Under the pieces are notes generated by a model. The model was not told where the DNA came from and made no database searches. It saw only the letters and a list, made by a program, of their open reading frames with translations. Made by a program: the position numbers and the translations under genes. A DNA stretch of 64,000 nucleotides from Candidatus Enterousia sp. (GTDB taxonomy: Bacteria; Pseudomonadota; Alphaproteobacteria; Rs-D84), in assembly GCA_045114635.1 (NCBI GenBank), contig JBGUKY010000007.1:4628-68627 (forward strand), read 5' to 3'. Shown in pieces: positions 47,713 through 57,300 of this stretch (position 1 is the first letter of the stretch; the number at the start of each line of letters is the position of its first letter).

Positions 47713-47737
47713 AAAAACACCAAACGGTGTTTTTATT
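47713..47737. terminator. Bidirectional intrinsic terminator
   Basis: aaaaACACCaaacGGTGTtttt. Confidence 0.75.
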
Positions 47738-48463
47738 TTATTCAAATATCTTTATATCACTAAAATCATCATGTGTTGCATGCGGAATTATTTTTATATT
47801 TGATTCTGGCGCCCAAGTTTTCGCTAATTCATATGGCACTATCTTATCCTGCTCACCGACAAAATGTGTTTGTGAAATATTCGGTAATTTTTTCATATTA
47901 AGTGATTCGGTTAAACTTTCATCGCCAAAATATTTGGTCCATTTTTCATGATCAAGAACGCCAGCAATCGTAACCCATTTTTCAAATCTTAGTTTTGGAT
48001 TTTGGGTTATCACTAATCCAGATACCATCGCCCCACCAGAATACCCTATGATTGTTATTTTTTTATTTTGTGCAATTTCTCTTATCGCTCTACTTTGTGC
48101 ATCTATAATCTTTTGAGAAAAACGTCCATTGGTCCAATCTGATTCTGAACAAGAATCTGTCATTATAAATTGGCATGGTCGTGCCATATATACAACGTTT
48201 TCAAAATTATCACGTGCCGCCAAATCACGAACAAAAGTTCCGCGCGGTGTTGGATCAGACGTTGGTTGTCCATACGCATTAAAAGCCCACCCATCGCCTT
48301 CTATGTATATATGAATACTATTATTGGATGGACTCTTTATCTTTTGCCATGTTGCGATTTCATATTCGCCAGATTTTATCGGGACATACGAAAAATCTTT
48401 TTCGGCGTTCCAATTTGTCCCAGCGCAACCACACAATAAAAACAATAATAAAATCTTTTTCAT
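47738..48463 (-). CDS. Alpha/beta-hydrolase-like lipoprotein
   Basis: ATG 48463 gives MKKILLLFLLCGC (lipobox). The nucleophile elbow is GYSGG, and a late HATHDDF could supply the His. Confidence 0.6.
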   Translation of the reverse strand: MKKILLLFLLCGCAGTNWNAEKDFSYVPIKSGEYEIATWQKIKSPSNNSIHIYIEGDGWAFNAYGQPTSDPTPRGTFVRDLAARDNFENVVYMARPCQFIMTDSCSESDWTNGRFSQKIIDAQSRAIREIAQNKKITIIGYSGGAMVSGLVITQNPKLRFEKWVTIAGVLDHEKWTKYFGDESLTESLNMKKLPNISQTHFVGEQDKIVPYELAKTWAPESNIKIIPHATHDDFSDIKIFE

Positions 48464-48566
48464 ATATTTATATTTACATTTTTCTAAACTTTGGTCAACA
48501 CATCTGGAAAAGAAAATTTTTTGTGTTATAATCATTGCCGTTTGAAGAAATAAAAAAGGAAATATT

Positions 48567-49805
48567 ATGAAAATTAAACCATTTGCTGGTGTACGTCCAC
48601 CAAAAGAACTGGCAACCGAAGTTGCTTCACGCCCTTATGATGTATTGAATTCTGTGGAAGCAAAAAACGAAGCCGGCGAAAAATCACTTTTACATATTAT
48701 TAAACCGGAAATAGATTTTGACCCTATTGCTGATGAACACGAACAAAAAACTTATGACAAAGCCGTAGAAAACTTTAAGAAATGGCAAGACAATGGTTGG
48801 CTGGTTCAAGATGAAAAAGAAATGTATTACATCTATGCACAAACCATGGACGGACGCACACAATATGGTTTAGTTGCCGCAGCAAACGTTGATGATTATA
48901 TGACAGGTAAAATTAAAAAACATGAATTGACTCGTAAAGATAAAGAAGACGATCGTATGATTCATGTGCGTATTCAAAATGCTAATTTGGAACCTGTATT
49001 TTTCGCATATCCAGATATCGAAGAAATGAATAAGTTAGTTTCAGACTGGATTTCAAATCATGCGCCAGAATATGACTTTGTTGCACCTGATGGTTTCGGA
49101 CATACTTTCTGGAAAATCGATGATGATGTGGTTAACGCACACATTACTGAAATATTTGCAAATGTTCCTGCATTTTATGTTGCAGACGGACATCACAGAA
49201 CCGCTGCCGCCGCCAGAGTTGGCGCAGAAAAACGCGAACAAAACCCAAATCATACTGGAAACGAAGAATACAATTATTTCCTTGCTGTGATATTCCCAGA
49301 ATCACAATTAAAAGTTATTGATTATAACCGTGTTGTCAAAGATTTGAACGGGTTATCCGAATCTGATTTCTTGGCAAAGCTCGCTGAATCTTTTGATGTT
49401 GTTGAAATGGGTTCTGAAATATATCATCCAAACAAATTACATAATTTTGCAATGTATCTTGGTGGGAAATGGTATTCATTGACTGCAAAAGCAGGAACTT
49501 ACAACGACAACGATCCAATTGGTATTTTAGATGTAACAGTATTATCAAACTTGGTGTTTGATAAAATATTAAATCTTGGTGATTTGCGCACATCTAAACG
49601 TATCGACTTTGTTGGCGGTATTCGCGGACTTGGTGAATTACAGAAACGTGTAGACAGTGGTGAAATGGTTGCAGCTTTCGCACTGTTCCCTGTTACAATG
49701 CGTCAAATTATCGATATTGCTGACACCGGCAACATCATGCCACCAAAGACAACTTGGTTTGAACCAAAATTACGCAGTGGTTTGGTAATTCATAAATTAT
49801 CATAA
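48567..49805 (+). CDS. DUF1015 family protein
   Basis: 412 aa: MKIKPFAGVRP..., PYDV and YVADGHHR, characteristic of DUF1015. Confidence 0.75.
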   Translation: MKIKPFAGVRPPKELATEVASRPYDVLNSVEAKNEAGEKSLLHIIKPEIDFDPIADEHEQKTYDKAVENFKKWQDNGWLVQDEKEMYYIYAQTMDGRTQYGLVAAANVDDYMTGKIKKHELTRKDKEDDRMIHVRIQNANLEPVFFAYPDIEEMNKLVSDWISNHAPEYDFVAPDGFGHTFWKIDDDVVNAHITEIFANVPAFYVADGHHRTAAAARVGAEKREQNPNHTGNEEYNYFLAVIFPESQLKVIDYNRVVKDLNGLSESDFLAKLAESFDVVEMGSEIYHPNKLHNFAMYLGGKWYSLTAKAGTYNDNDPIGILDVTVLSNLVFDKILNLGDLRTSKRIDFVGGIRGLGELQKRVDSGEMVAAFALFPVTMRQIIDIADTGNIMPPKTTWFEPKLRSGLVIHKLS

Positions 49806-49813
49806 CAAATAAT

Positions 49814-49838
49814 AAACCGCCGTAACGGCGGTTTTTTT
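49814..49838. terminator. Bidirectional intrinsic terminator
   Basis: aaaCCGCCGtaaCGGCGGttttttt. Confidence 0.8.
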
Positions 49839-49853
49839 GTATTAATTATACAA

Positions 49854-50300
49854 TTAAAATGGAATATCGTCTGCAATATCTTCGATATTAACTTCTTCAC
49901 GTGGCGCAGATGCAGCAGGTGCAGATTCAGAAACACCATCCACAGCTTTTGCCCCAGACAAAATAACCATTTGACCAGAATATGGATTCAAAACAACTTC
50001 GGTTGTGAAAGTATCAACACCTTGTTGGTTTTGCCATTTGCGTGTACGAAGTGCGCCTTCCAAATACAATTTGGTTCCTTTTTGCAACATACGTTCCGCA
50101 ACATCTACAAGCGATGGATTAAAGATAACAACACGATGCCATTCTGTTTGTTCTTTTTGTTCACCTGTTTGTCTATCGCGCCATCTATCAGATGTTGCCA
50201 GAGAAAAAGTGACCACTTTTTGTCCGGATTGCATTGTACGAACCTGAGGTTCTTGACCTATATTACCAACTAATATTACTTTGTTTATACTTCCTGCCAT
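49854..50300 (-). CDS. ssb: Single-stranded DNA-binding protein
   Basis: MAGSINKVILVGNIGQEPQVR is the OB fold, and the C-terminal acidic tip is DIADDIPF. Confidence 0.95.
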   Translation of the reverse strand: MAGSINKVILVGNIGQEPQVRTMQSGQKVVTFSLATSDRWRDRQTGEQKEQTEWHRVVIFNPSLVDVAERMLQKGTKLYLEGALRTRKWQNQQGVDTFTTEVVLNPYSGQMVILSGAKAVDGVSESAPAASAPREEVNIEDIADDIPF

Positions 50301-50361
50301 AATCGTTTCCTTTGTTTAATCTGTAATTTAATGATTGCGAAAAAAAATCATAAATACAAGC

Positions 50362-50390
50362 GAAAAAACGCGCCATTCAACAATGGCGCG
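50362..50390 (-). terminator. Intrinsic terminator after carD
   Basis: Minus strand GCGCCATTgttgAATGGCGCgttttttcg. Confidence 0.7.
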
Positions 50391-50395
50391 CAAAA

Positions 50396-50962
50396 TCATT
50401 CTTCATCCGATTCGTCCGACTCGATTTCATCTTCTTCGTCAACAGCATTCAAGTCGATTTCTTTTGGAACCCCCAAAATATCTTCGATTTTATCAGATGC
50501 AGCTTCTAAATCCATTTTGTGTAAAACAGCAAATTCTTGTGCCATACGTTCCAATGCGCGCAAATATAACTGACGTGCCGAGAAAGTCATCGTATCACTT
50601 GCGCTTCTGCGTTGTAAATCACGAACAACTTCGGCCAATTTCATTGGGTCACCAGAATTGATATTTTCTTCATATTGTGCGGCACGACGCGCCCAAATCA
50701 TACGTTTTGCACCAGCTTTGCCTTTTGCAGAAGCGATTGCCTCGTCCATCTTTTTAGCGCTGCTTAACGAACGCAAACCAGACAATTCAGCACGATCAAC
50801 AGGTACGCGTAATGTCATATGATTTCTTTCGAAATCAATAACCATCATTTTAATTTTCTGATCGCCGATTGTTTGTTCTTCGATACGCAATAGTTTTCCG
50901 ACACCCTGGGTTGGGTAAACAACATATTGCCCCGATTTAAAATCTAACTTTTTAGTTGGCAT
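50396..50962 (-). CDS. carD: CarD/CdnL family transcriptional regulator with acidic tail
   Basis: FKSGQYVVYPTQGVGKLLRIEEQ is the CarD_TRCF RID domain. The C-terminal tail is DEEDEIESDESDEE. Confidence 0.85.
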   Translation of the reverse strand: MPTKKLDFKSGQYVVYPTQGVGKLLRIEEQTIGDQKIKMMVIDFERNHMTLRVPVDRAELSGLRSLSSAKKMDEAIASAKGKAGAKRMIWARRAAQYEENINSGDPMKLAEVVRDLQRRSASDTMTFSARQLYLRALERMAQEFAVLHKMDLEAASDKIEDILGVPKEIDLNAVDEEDEIESDESDEE

Positions 50963-51049
50963 TTTTTACACACCTTTTGCGTTTGCCATTCCCTCTGATA
51001 AGGCTATTATAACATAAAATTGTGAAAAAACAATTATTTGGACAAAAAA

Positions 51050-51478
51050 TTATTGCCCAAGGCCAGCTGGTGAGAAACGTCCTATATTGTTAAACATCTC
51101 TTCCAGTGCATTCAATTCAATTGCAGCCGGTATCTCTGTTTCACCCTTTGCCAATCTGATGTCTTTTAAATCATCATCATGTAAAACTTTGGTTTTTATA
51201 ACACGACCATTTTTGACCCATGCCAAAAGGACGGTTTTGTTGTCATATGTTTGAGGAAAAGGTCCGCGCATATTTTCATCAGCGCTGTAATAAACCCAAA
51301 CTTCGCCACCATAGATGGTACGGGTTTGTGGGTCACCAATTTCATCTTGTAATTGGGCTGTTGTTTTTATATTAGCAACTTTAGTCTCTAAATCTTCTGG
51401 AAATACATAACCATGATGTCTTGTTTGAAATGTACACGCTGTCAGCGCCAATACCAAGATAATAAATAATTTTCTCAT
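51050..51478 (-). CDS. bamE: Outer membrane assembly lipoprotein BamE (SmpA/OmlA)
   Basis: ATG 51478 gives MRKLFIILVLALTAC (lipobox), followed by HGYVFPEDL...QLQDEIGDPQ...GEVWVYY. Confidence 0.7.
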   Translation of the reverse strand: MRKLFIILVLALTACTFQTRHHGYVFPEDLETKVANIKTTAQLQDEIGDPQTRTIYGGEVWVYYSADENMRGPFPQTYDNKTVLLAWVKNGRVIKTKVLHDDDLKDIRLAKGETEIPAAIELNALEEMFNNIGRFSPAGLGQ

Positions 51479-51482
51479 ACCA

Positions 51483-52346
51483 TCAGCCCTTAATTTCTTT
51501 TTCAATTTGCTTCAACATTTTAATTTGATATTCAGTTGAATTCAATAACTTTTCCGCGTCCATACCAACTATATCCGCTAATTCTGCAACAAACCATTGT
51601 TTAGAATATTTTGTAAAAGCACACATTTCAAGAAATTTCTGTACCGCCTGTTTCCGAGATAATCTATATTTCACACGAATATGATCTACCACAGCCCGAA
51701 CCCAAAGGTATGCCGACATATAAGAGGGTTGAAATGAACAAATCTTTCCAACAACTTTATCACGAAAATCAACAGATTCTATCAATTCGTTCGCTGTATA
51801 TATTTTATTCTGTGATTTCATCGTAGCAAAATGTTCTGGAACACATTTTTCGTATTCCAGCGCATACCAAGGAATCAATTCGGCAAAACCCTCGCCCAAC
51901 ATTTGACCACCGAAACAAAACATATGCTGCATCAAATGCGCATATTCATGTATATTGTTTACATGTTTGGTAATGTTTGGTTTTACATTATCCAACAATA
52001 AGTTTTGGCTTGTTCCATAAGCACTGTTAAAGCCATCTAAATCATACGAAGCAACCGGTTTACCACCGCCTTTTCTGTCTTTATATGGGTAATTCAACAA
52101 TTCAATAAAATCATCATCTGGAACGATATACATATAAAATTTTGGTTTCGCGTTTGCAGGATATTTTATATGTAACGATTTTAGTTCGCGAATACACTTT
52201 TTATGTTCAACCAACACAACATCATACAAACCATTATCAAAACTTTTTGCTAATTTTTTTGACATGCGCGCACAAAAATCATTGCTGATGATTCGCAATT
52301 CAGATTTATCGATATATTCACGCAATGCATCGTGTGGACGTTTCAT
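51483..52346 (-). CDS. Hypothetical HExxH-motif protein (putative metallopeptidase)
   Basis: ATG 52346 is 4 nt after the PFOR stop. NIHEYAHLMQHMF carries HEYAH, with a downstream EGFAE as a possible third ligand. No signal peptide. Confidence 0.5.
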   Translation of the reverse strand: MKRPHDALREYIDKSELRIISNDFCARMSKKLAKSFDNGLYDVVLVEHKKCIRELKSLHIKYPANAKPKFYMYIVPDDDFIELLNYPYKDRKGGGKPVASYDLDGFNSAYGTSQNLLLDNVKPNITKHVNNIHEYAHLMQHMFCFGGQMLGEGFAELIPWYALEYEKCVPEHFATMKSQNKIYTANELIESVDFRDKVVGKICSFQPSYMSAYLWVRAVVDHIRVKYRLSRKQAVQKFLEMCAFTKYSKQWFVAELADIVGMDAEKLLNSTEYQIKMLKQIEKEIKG

Positions 52347-52350
52347 AAAC

Positions 52351-55300
52351 TTACCCTTCCCCATTGTCTTTGTTTTTATTCACAGTAAAATTAGCAATGT
52401 GTTGTTTTAATTCTGTCTTGTACAAATTGTTTGCCTTGGCTTCTTCAACCAACTTATCGAAATTAGGATTAACAGATCGCGCCAACGCAAAACGTGTTTC
52501 GCTTTTCATAAATTCTTCCAACGGGAATGGCACAGATACATTAGAATCCATAGTTAATGGATTTTGACCGTTTTCGATATTCATTGGATTAAATCTGTAA
52601 AGTGGCCATGCGCCAGTATTCACCAAATTGATTTGGTGTTCAACACCGTTTTGCAGTGCGAACCCATGCGCGATACAAGGTGCGTACGCTAAAATAATTG
52701 ATGGGCCATTAAAGGCTTCTGCTTCACGGAAAGCGCGAACAGCCTGTGCCTGATTTGCACCCAATGCAATCTGTGCAACATAAGCACCGGACATCATCGC
52801 AATCAATCCCAAATCTTTTTTAGCGTGTTCTTTACCGCCAATTGCAAATTTCATAGATGCGCCGAAAGGTGTAGATTTAGATTGTTGACCACCTGTATTT
52901 GAATAACCTTCAGTATCCAAAACAAGTATGTTAACATTTTCACCACTGTGTAAAATATGATCGACACCGCCATATCCAATATCGTATGCCCAACCATCAC
53001 CACCAACAATCCATACAGATTTATCAACTATAGCATCTAACAAACTTTCTGCATAACGTGCACGTGGATTATTTATACCAGACAATTGAACACGCAAACT
53101 GTTTTGTATTTCCCTTTGGTTTTCAGTGCCAATTGTGTTCATCATTTGTTCGACATTTTCAAAACCGAGTTCAAACAATACACTGCGTAATGCATTCTTT
53201 CTTTGATTCAAAGCAATACGCATTCCAAGTCCATATTCAGCGTTATCTTCAAACAACGAATTAGACCATGCTGGACCACGCCCATTTGAATCACAAGTCC
53301 ACGGTGTTGTTGGTAAATTACCACCATAAATTGAAGAACAGCCCGTAGCATTAGCAACAACCATTTTGTCACCAAACAAATGTGCCATTAAACGAACATA
53401 TGGTGTTTCACCACATCCAGCGCATGCACCTGGGAATTCAAAATAATGAGGTAATAATTCAACATGCTTTGGAATATTAAGATTCAACTTTTGTTTGTCG
53501 ATATCAGGTATATTTAATGCAGCATCAAAAGTTTTTTGGTTTTTAATTCCATCTTTCATTGGTATCAAAGACAATGCGGATACAGGACAATTTTTCATAC
53601 ACAAACCACAGCCAGTACAATCTGCCGGAGAAATATTTAATGTATAAAATAATCCAGCACCTAATTCTGGTGTTTTCATTGGAACAACTGTTATGCCATT
53701 GGCACGCGCCGCTTCAATTTCATTTTGTCCCATAACCTTGATACGAATTGCACCATGTGGGCAAAGCATTGAACATTTTCCACATTGAATACATTTATCC
53801 AAATCGCATACGGCTACACGTGTTGAAATAGCGCGCTTTTCATATTTAGATGTTCCGATTGGGTATTGACCACCACCAAAAGTTCCATCTATTTTGAAAC
53901 GGGACACAGGTATATCATCACCACGACCAGCGGCCATTTCACCCAAAGTTCCCGCAATCTCTGATGGTGTTGATAATGTCATTGCTGGTATAAAATCTGG
54001 TGCCAATTCAGAAACGCTTGATGGTAAATTACATTTACGCAAATAAGATTCCGCCTTGTCCACAGCTGTCCAATTCGCTTGAACAACATCCATACCCTTC
54101 TTTTTATAAGTTTTTTCAATCGCAACTTTTGCGGCATCTTTTGCAACATCAGGACTGATGACACGTGTCAAATTAAAGAAATTCAACATGATAAAAGTAT
54201 TGATACGATTTCCCAATCCTAATTCATTAGCAGCAGCATTCGCATCCAAAAAATATACATTGGCGCGCATACGAATTAAATGTTCTTGGGCATCTTTTGG
54301 TAAGTTTATAAACGCTTCATCTGGTGCAAGCGAAGTGTTTATCATAACTGTTCCACCAGCACGCAATGATGAAAACACATCAAATCTTTGTGCAATCATA
54401 AAATTAGATACACAGATAAAATCTGCGCTTTCTACCAAATATTCACTTTTAATTGGATTTGGTGAAAAACGGATATGTGATTGTGTTATACCGCCAGACT
54501 TTTTAGAATCATAAACAGCATACGATTGTGGATAAAGTTCAGAGTTTTCACCAACAATCTTTACAATATTTTTTACAGCCCCAACCGTTCCATCACTTCC
54601 AATTCCATAAAGAATTGCAGTTTGAACATCTTTGTTTTCAATTGTGAAAGTCTTGTCTGTTGAAAGTGATAAATGTGTTAAATCATCATCAATACCAACA
54701 GTGAAATTATGATGTAATGTGCCCTGCATCATGTATTCAACGATGGCTTTTACATCACGTGGTTTAAATTCTTTTGATCCCAAACCATAACGTCCACCAA
54801 ATACTTTGATTTTCGAATCGACAATACTGCGCACATTTTGATAAAGAGGTTCACCAATTGCACCTGCTTCTTTTGTTCTGTCCAACACAGCAATTTGTTC
54901 AACTGTTGATGGCAACACTTTCAAAAATGCATCAACAGGGAACGGATTAAATAAATGAACACGAACAAGACCAACCCCATGTGGTAAATAATCCAAAGTT
55001 TCTTCGATTGTTTCTGTGGCAGACCCCATCGCAACAATCACATATTTAGCGTCTTTGTCACCAACATAATCAATAACACCATATTTACGTCCAGTAAGAC
55101 GTGCAAACTTATCCATTTCATCAGCAACAATTTGTGGTAACGCATCATATAATGGATTTGCCGCTTCACGTCCTTGGAAATAAACATCTGGATTCTGTGC
55201 GGTTCCACGAATCGTTGGATTATCTGGTGACATACCACGTTTACGATTCGCCATGACTAAATCATCAGGTAACATTTCGTGTAATACATCATCATCAATT

Positions 55301-55848
55301 CGTAACAACGCAGATTCTTCGTGACTTGTTCTGAACCCATCAAAGAAATGTAAAAATGGAACGCGACTTTTAAGCGTAGCAGCATGTGCAATTGCTGCCA
55401 TATCGTGTGCCGCCTGAACATTATGCGATGACAACAATGCGAAACCAGTGTTACGCACAGCCATCACATCACCATGATCACCAAAAATGGACAAGGCATG
55501 TGTTGCCAAAGCACGCGCAGCAACATGCATAACAAAAGGTGTTTGTTCACCGGCTATCTTGTACATATTAGGGATCATCAACAAAAGTCCCTGGGATGCA
55601 GTAAATGTTGTTGCCAGCGCACCCATTTGTAAAGCGCCATGTAATGCACCAGCCGCCCCTGCTTCTGATTGCATTTCAATTATTTCTGGGACAACACCCC
55701 ATATGTTTTTCTTGTGCTGAAAAGCCCATTCGTCAGACAATTCGCCCATTGTACTACTTGGGGTAATAGGATAAATCGCAGCACAATCAACACACCTGTA
55801 CGCAACATCCGCAGCAGCCCAATTTCCATCAACAATAAACTTTGACAT
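52351..55848 (-). CDS. nifJ: Pyruvate:ferredoxin (flavodoxin) oxidoreductase, single-chain
   Basis: About 1165 aa. N-terminal DGNWAAADVAYRC, two 4Fe-4S motifs CIQCGKCSMLCPHG and CTGCGLCMKNCP, and the TPP domain GGDGWAYDIGYGG. ATG 55848 follows ggggga. Confidence 0.95.
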   Translation of the reverse strand: MSKFIVDGNWAAADVAYRCVDCAAIYPITPSSTMGELSDEWAFQHKKNIWGVVPEIIEMQSEAGAAGALHGALQMGALATTFTASQGLLLMIPNMYKIAGEQTPFVMHVAARALATHALSIFGDHGDVMAVRNTGFALLSSHNVQAAHDMAAIAHAATLKSRVPFLHFFDGFRTSHEESALLRIDDDVLHEMLPDDLVMANRKRGMSPDNPTIRGTAQNPDVYFQGREAANPLYDALPQIVADEMDKFARLTGRKYGVIDYVGDKDAKYVIVAMGSATETIEETLDYLPHGVGLVRVHLFNPFPVDAFLKVLPSTVEQIAVLDRTKEAGAIGEPLYQNVRSIVDSKIKVFGGRYGLGSKEFKPRDVKAIVEYMMQGTLHHNFTVGIDDDLTHLSLSTDKTFTIENKDVQTAILYGIGSDGTVGAVKNIVKIVGENSELYPQSYAVYDSKKSGGITQSHIRFSPNPIKSEYLVESADFICVSNFMIAQRFDVFSSLRAGGTVMINTSLAPDEAFINLPKDAQEHLIRMRANVYFLDANAAANELGLGNRINTFIMLNFFNLTRVISPDVAKDAAKVAIEKTYKKKGMDVVQANWTAVDKAESYLRKCNLPSSVSELAPDFIPAMTLSTPSEIAGTLGEMAAGRGDDIPVSRFKIDGTFGGGQYPIGTSKYEKRAISTRVAVCDLDKCIQCGKCSMLCPHGAIRIKVMGQNEIEAARANGITVVPMKTPELGAGLFYTLNISPADCTGCGLCMKNCPVSALSLIPMKDGIKNQKTFDAALNIPDIDKQKLNLNIPKHVELLPHYFEFPGACAGCGETPYVRLMAHLFGDKMVVANATGCSSIYGGNLPTTPWTCDSNGRGPAWSNSLFEDNAEYGLGMRIALNQRKNALRSVLFELGFENVEQMMNTIGTENQREIQNSLRVQLSGINNPRARYAESLLDAIVDKSVWIVGGDGWAYDIGYGGVDHILHSGENVNILVLDTEGYSNTGGQQSKSTPFGASMKFAIGGKEHAKKDLGLIAMMSGAYVAQIALGANQAQAVRAFREAEAFNGPSIILAYAPCIAHGFALQNGVEHQINLVNTGAWPLYRFNPMNIENGQNPLTMDSNVSVPFPLEEFMKSETRFALARSVNPNFDKLVEEAKANNLYKTELKQHIANFTVNKNKDNGEG

Positions 55849-56003
55849 CTTTTCCCCCAAATTAAATATATACCGTTATTTCCTTTGTATAGAAATCTTA
55901 GTGCTTTTGCACAATTAAGGCAAGATGATATTTTATAAAAAACATTGACAAATTATAGATTTTGTATTAAATATATACACATAATATAATAAGAGGATGA
56001 AAA

Positions 56004-56495
56004 ATGTCTAGAACGAATACCGATAGTTTTGGTGATTTTTTGTTGGTAATGATAGTGGTAGTAATACCTCTTTTATATGTTAGCATATCCCCTATCGTCG
56101 ATAGCAAAAAATACGCCAGGAAGCAAACTGAAATCGCATCGAATTTTGCACACTATAACGCGGTAAATTCTGTTGATACAATAAATTTTGATGGCACACC
56201 AATTGATGTAAAGGCCGCACATAAAGATTCTGCAACAGCCATTAAACAAATGCGCAAAGCCACACGTCGTTTTCATAAAGATGACTGTTTCGACTATTTT
56301 AATGATTCTCCTAAACTCATTGTCTCATATGACTCGACAGATACAGCAAAAACAAATCCACATTACAGCTGGACAAAATGGCGTTTAAATATAGATAAGG
56401 CGATGGAAGATTCGACTTTTGCTGCATCTTACAACAAATATTACAAATCAATACAGCAACTTGAAATCGCACGTCGCCAGGGCAAGTTAAAATAA
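56004..56495 (+). CDS. Membrane-anchored hypothetical protein (paralog 1)
   Basis: 163 aa with N-terminal TM FLLVMIVVVIPLLYVSI. It shares SVDTINFDG..ID.K.A.KDSA...KQM and DS.FAA.Y......I.QLEIARRQ with the next gene. Confidence 0.65.
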   Translation: MSRTNTDSFGDFLLVMIVVVIPLLYVSISPIVDSKKYARKQTEIASNFAHYNAVNSVDTINFDGTPIDVKAAHKDSATAIKQMRKATRRFHKDDCFDYFNDSPKLIVSYDSTDTAKTNPHYSWTKWRLNIDKAMEDSTFAASYNKYYKSIQQLEIARRQGKLK

Positions 56496-56721
56496 AAAGG
56501 CACAAAAAAAGAGAAGCATTTTTGATTATTATACAAATCTTGATAGCGAAGAAAATTTGGAACAATTATGTTATTGATTTTTGTGGTGACAATTATTTCC
56601 AGCAAAGTAATTGATGAAAACAACCAAGAAAAATACATTATCAATCGACATTCAAACAAATGTTGACAATTATAAATTTTTGTATTACATTTTAAACACA
56701 ATAAAATAAAAGGATAAAATC

Positions 56722-57273
56722 ATGAGTTATTCAAGAGATGACGAATCGGGTGAAACATTGGGTTGTTTAGTATTTGCTGCAATCATAGTTATTCCTACGT
56801 CGATATGGGCTTTAATAGGTGATGGCGAAAAACAGATTAAACGTGACGCGCAAACAAAACCAGTATTAATGAAAGCACACGAACAAGCAGTTGCTTCTGT
56901 TGACACAATAAATTACAACGATGTTATAATTGATACAAAAAATGCGCGCAAAGATTCTGCACGCACAACAAAACAAATGTATAAAATTATGGATATCATA
57001 TATGAAAACAGAACAAAACGCTTTTTTGATTATGTCCAAGATTCTATTCCTATAAAATCAAATTATAGCAGAACAATAAGTACATACGTTGATTCTGTTA
57101 GCCATGATACAGTTCGTGTTGTGTGGTCTCGTCACAAAACAATAAGCGGAGCATACCCACAATTTAATTTGAATAAAGCACTAAAAGATTCAGCATTTGC
57201 TGCAACATATTCTCAATACTGCGAAGCGATTAAACAATTGGAAATTGCACGTCGTCAACAAAATGTAAAATAA
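56722..57273 (+). CDS. Membrane-anchored hypothetical protein (paralog 2)
   Basis: 183 aa with TM CLVFAAIIVIPTSIWALI and the same conserved blocks as 56004-56495. Confidence 0.65.
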   Translation: MSYSRDDESGETLGCLVFAAIIVIPTSIWALIGDGEKQIKRDAQTKPVLMKAHEQAVASVDTINYNDVIIDTKNARKDSARTTKQMYKIMDIIYENRTKRFFDYVQDSIPIKSNYSRTISTYVDSVSHDTVRVVWSRHKTISGAYPQFNLNKALKDSAFAATYSQYCEAIKQLEIARRQQNVK

Positions 57274-57300
57274 AAAAACTGGGTAAAAACCCAGTTTTTA
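57272..57300. terminator. Bidirectional intrinsic terminator
   Basis: aaaaaaACTGGGTaaaaACCCAGTtttta. Confidence 0.8.
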
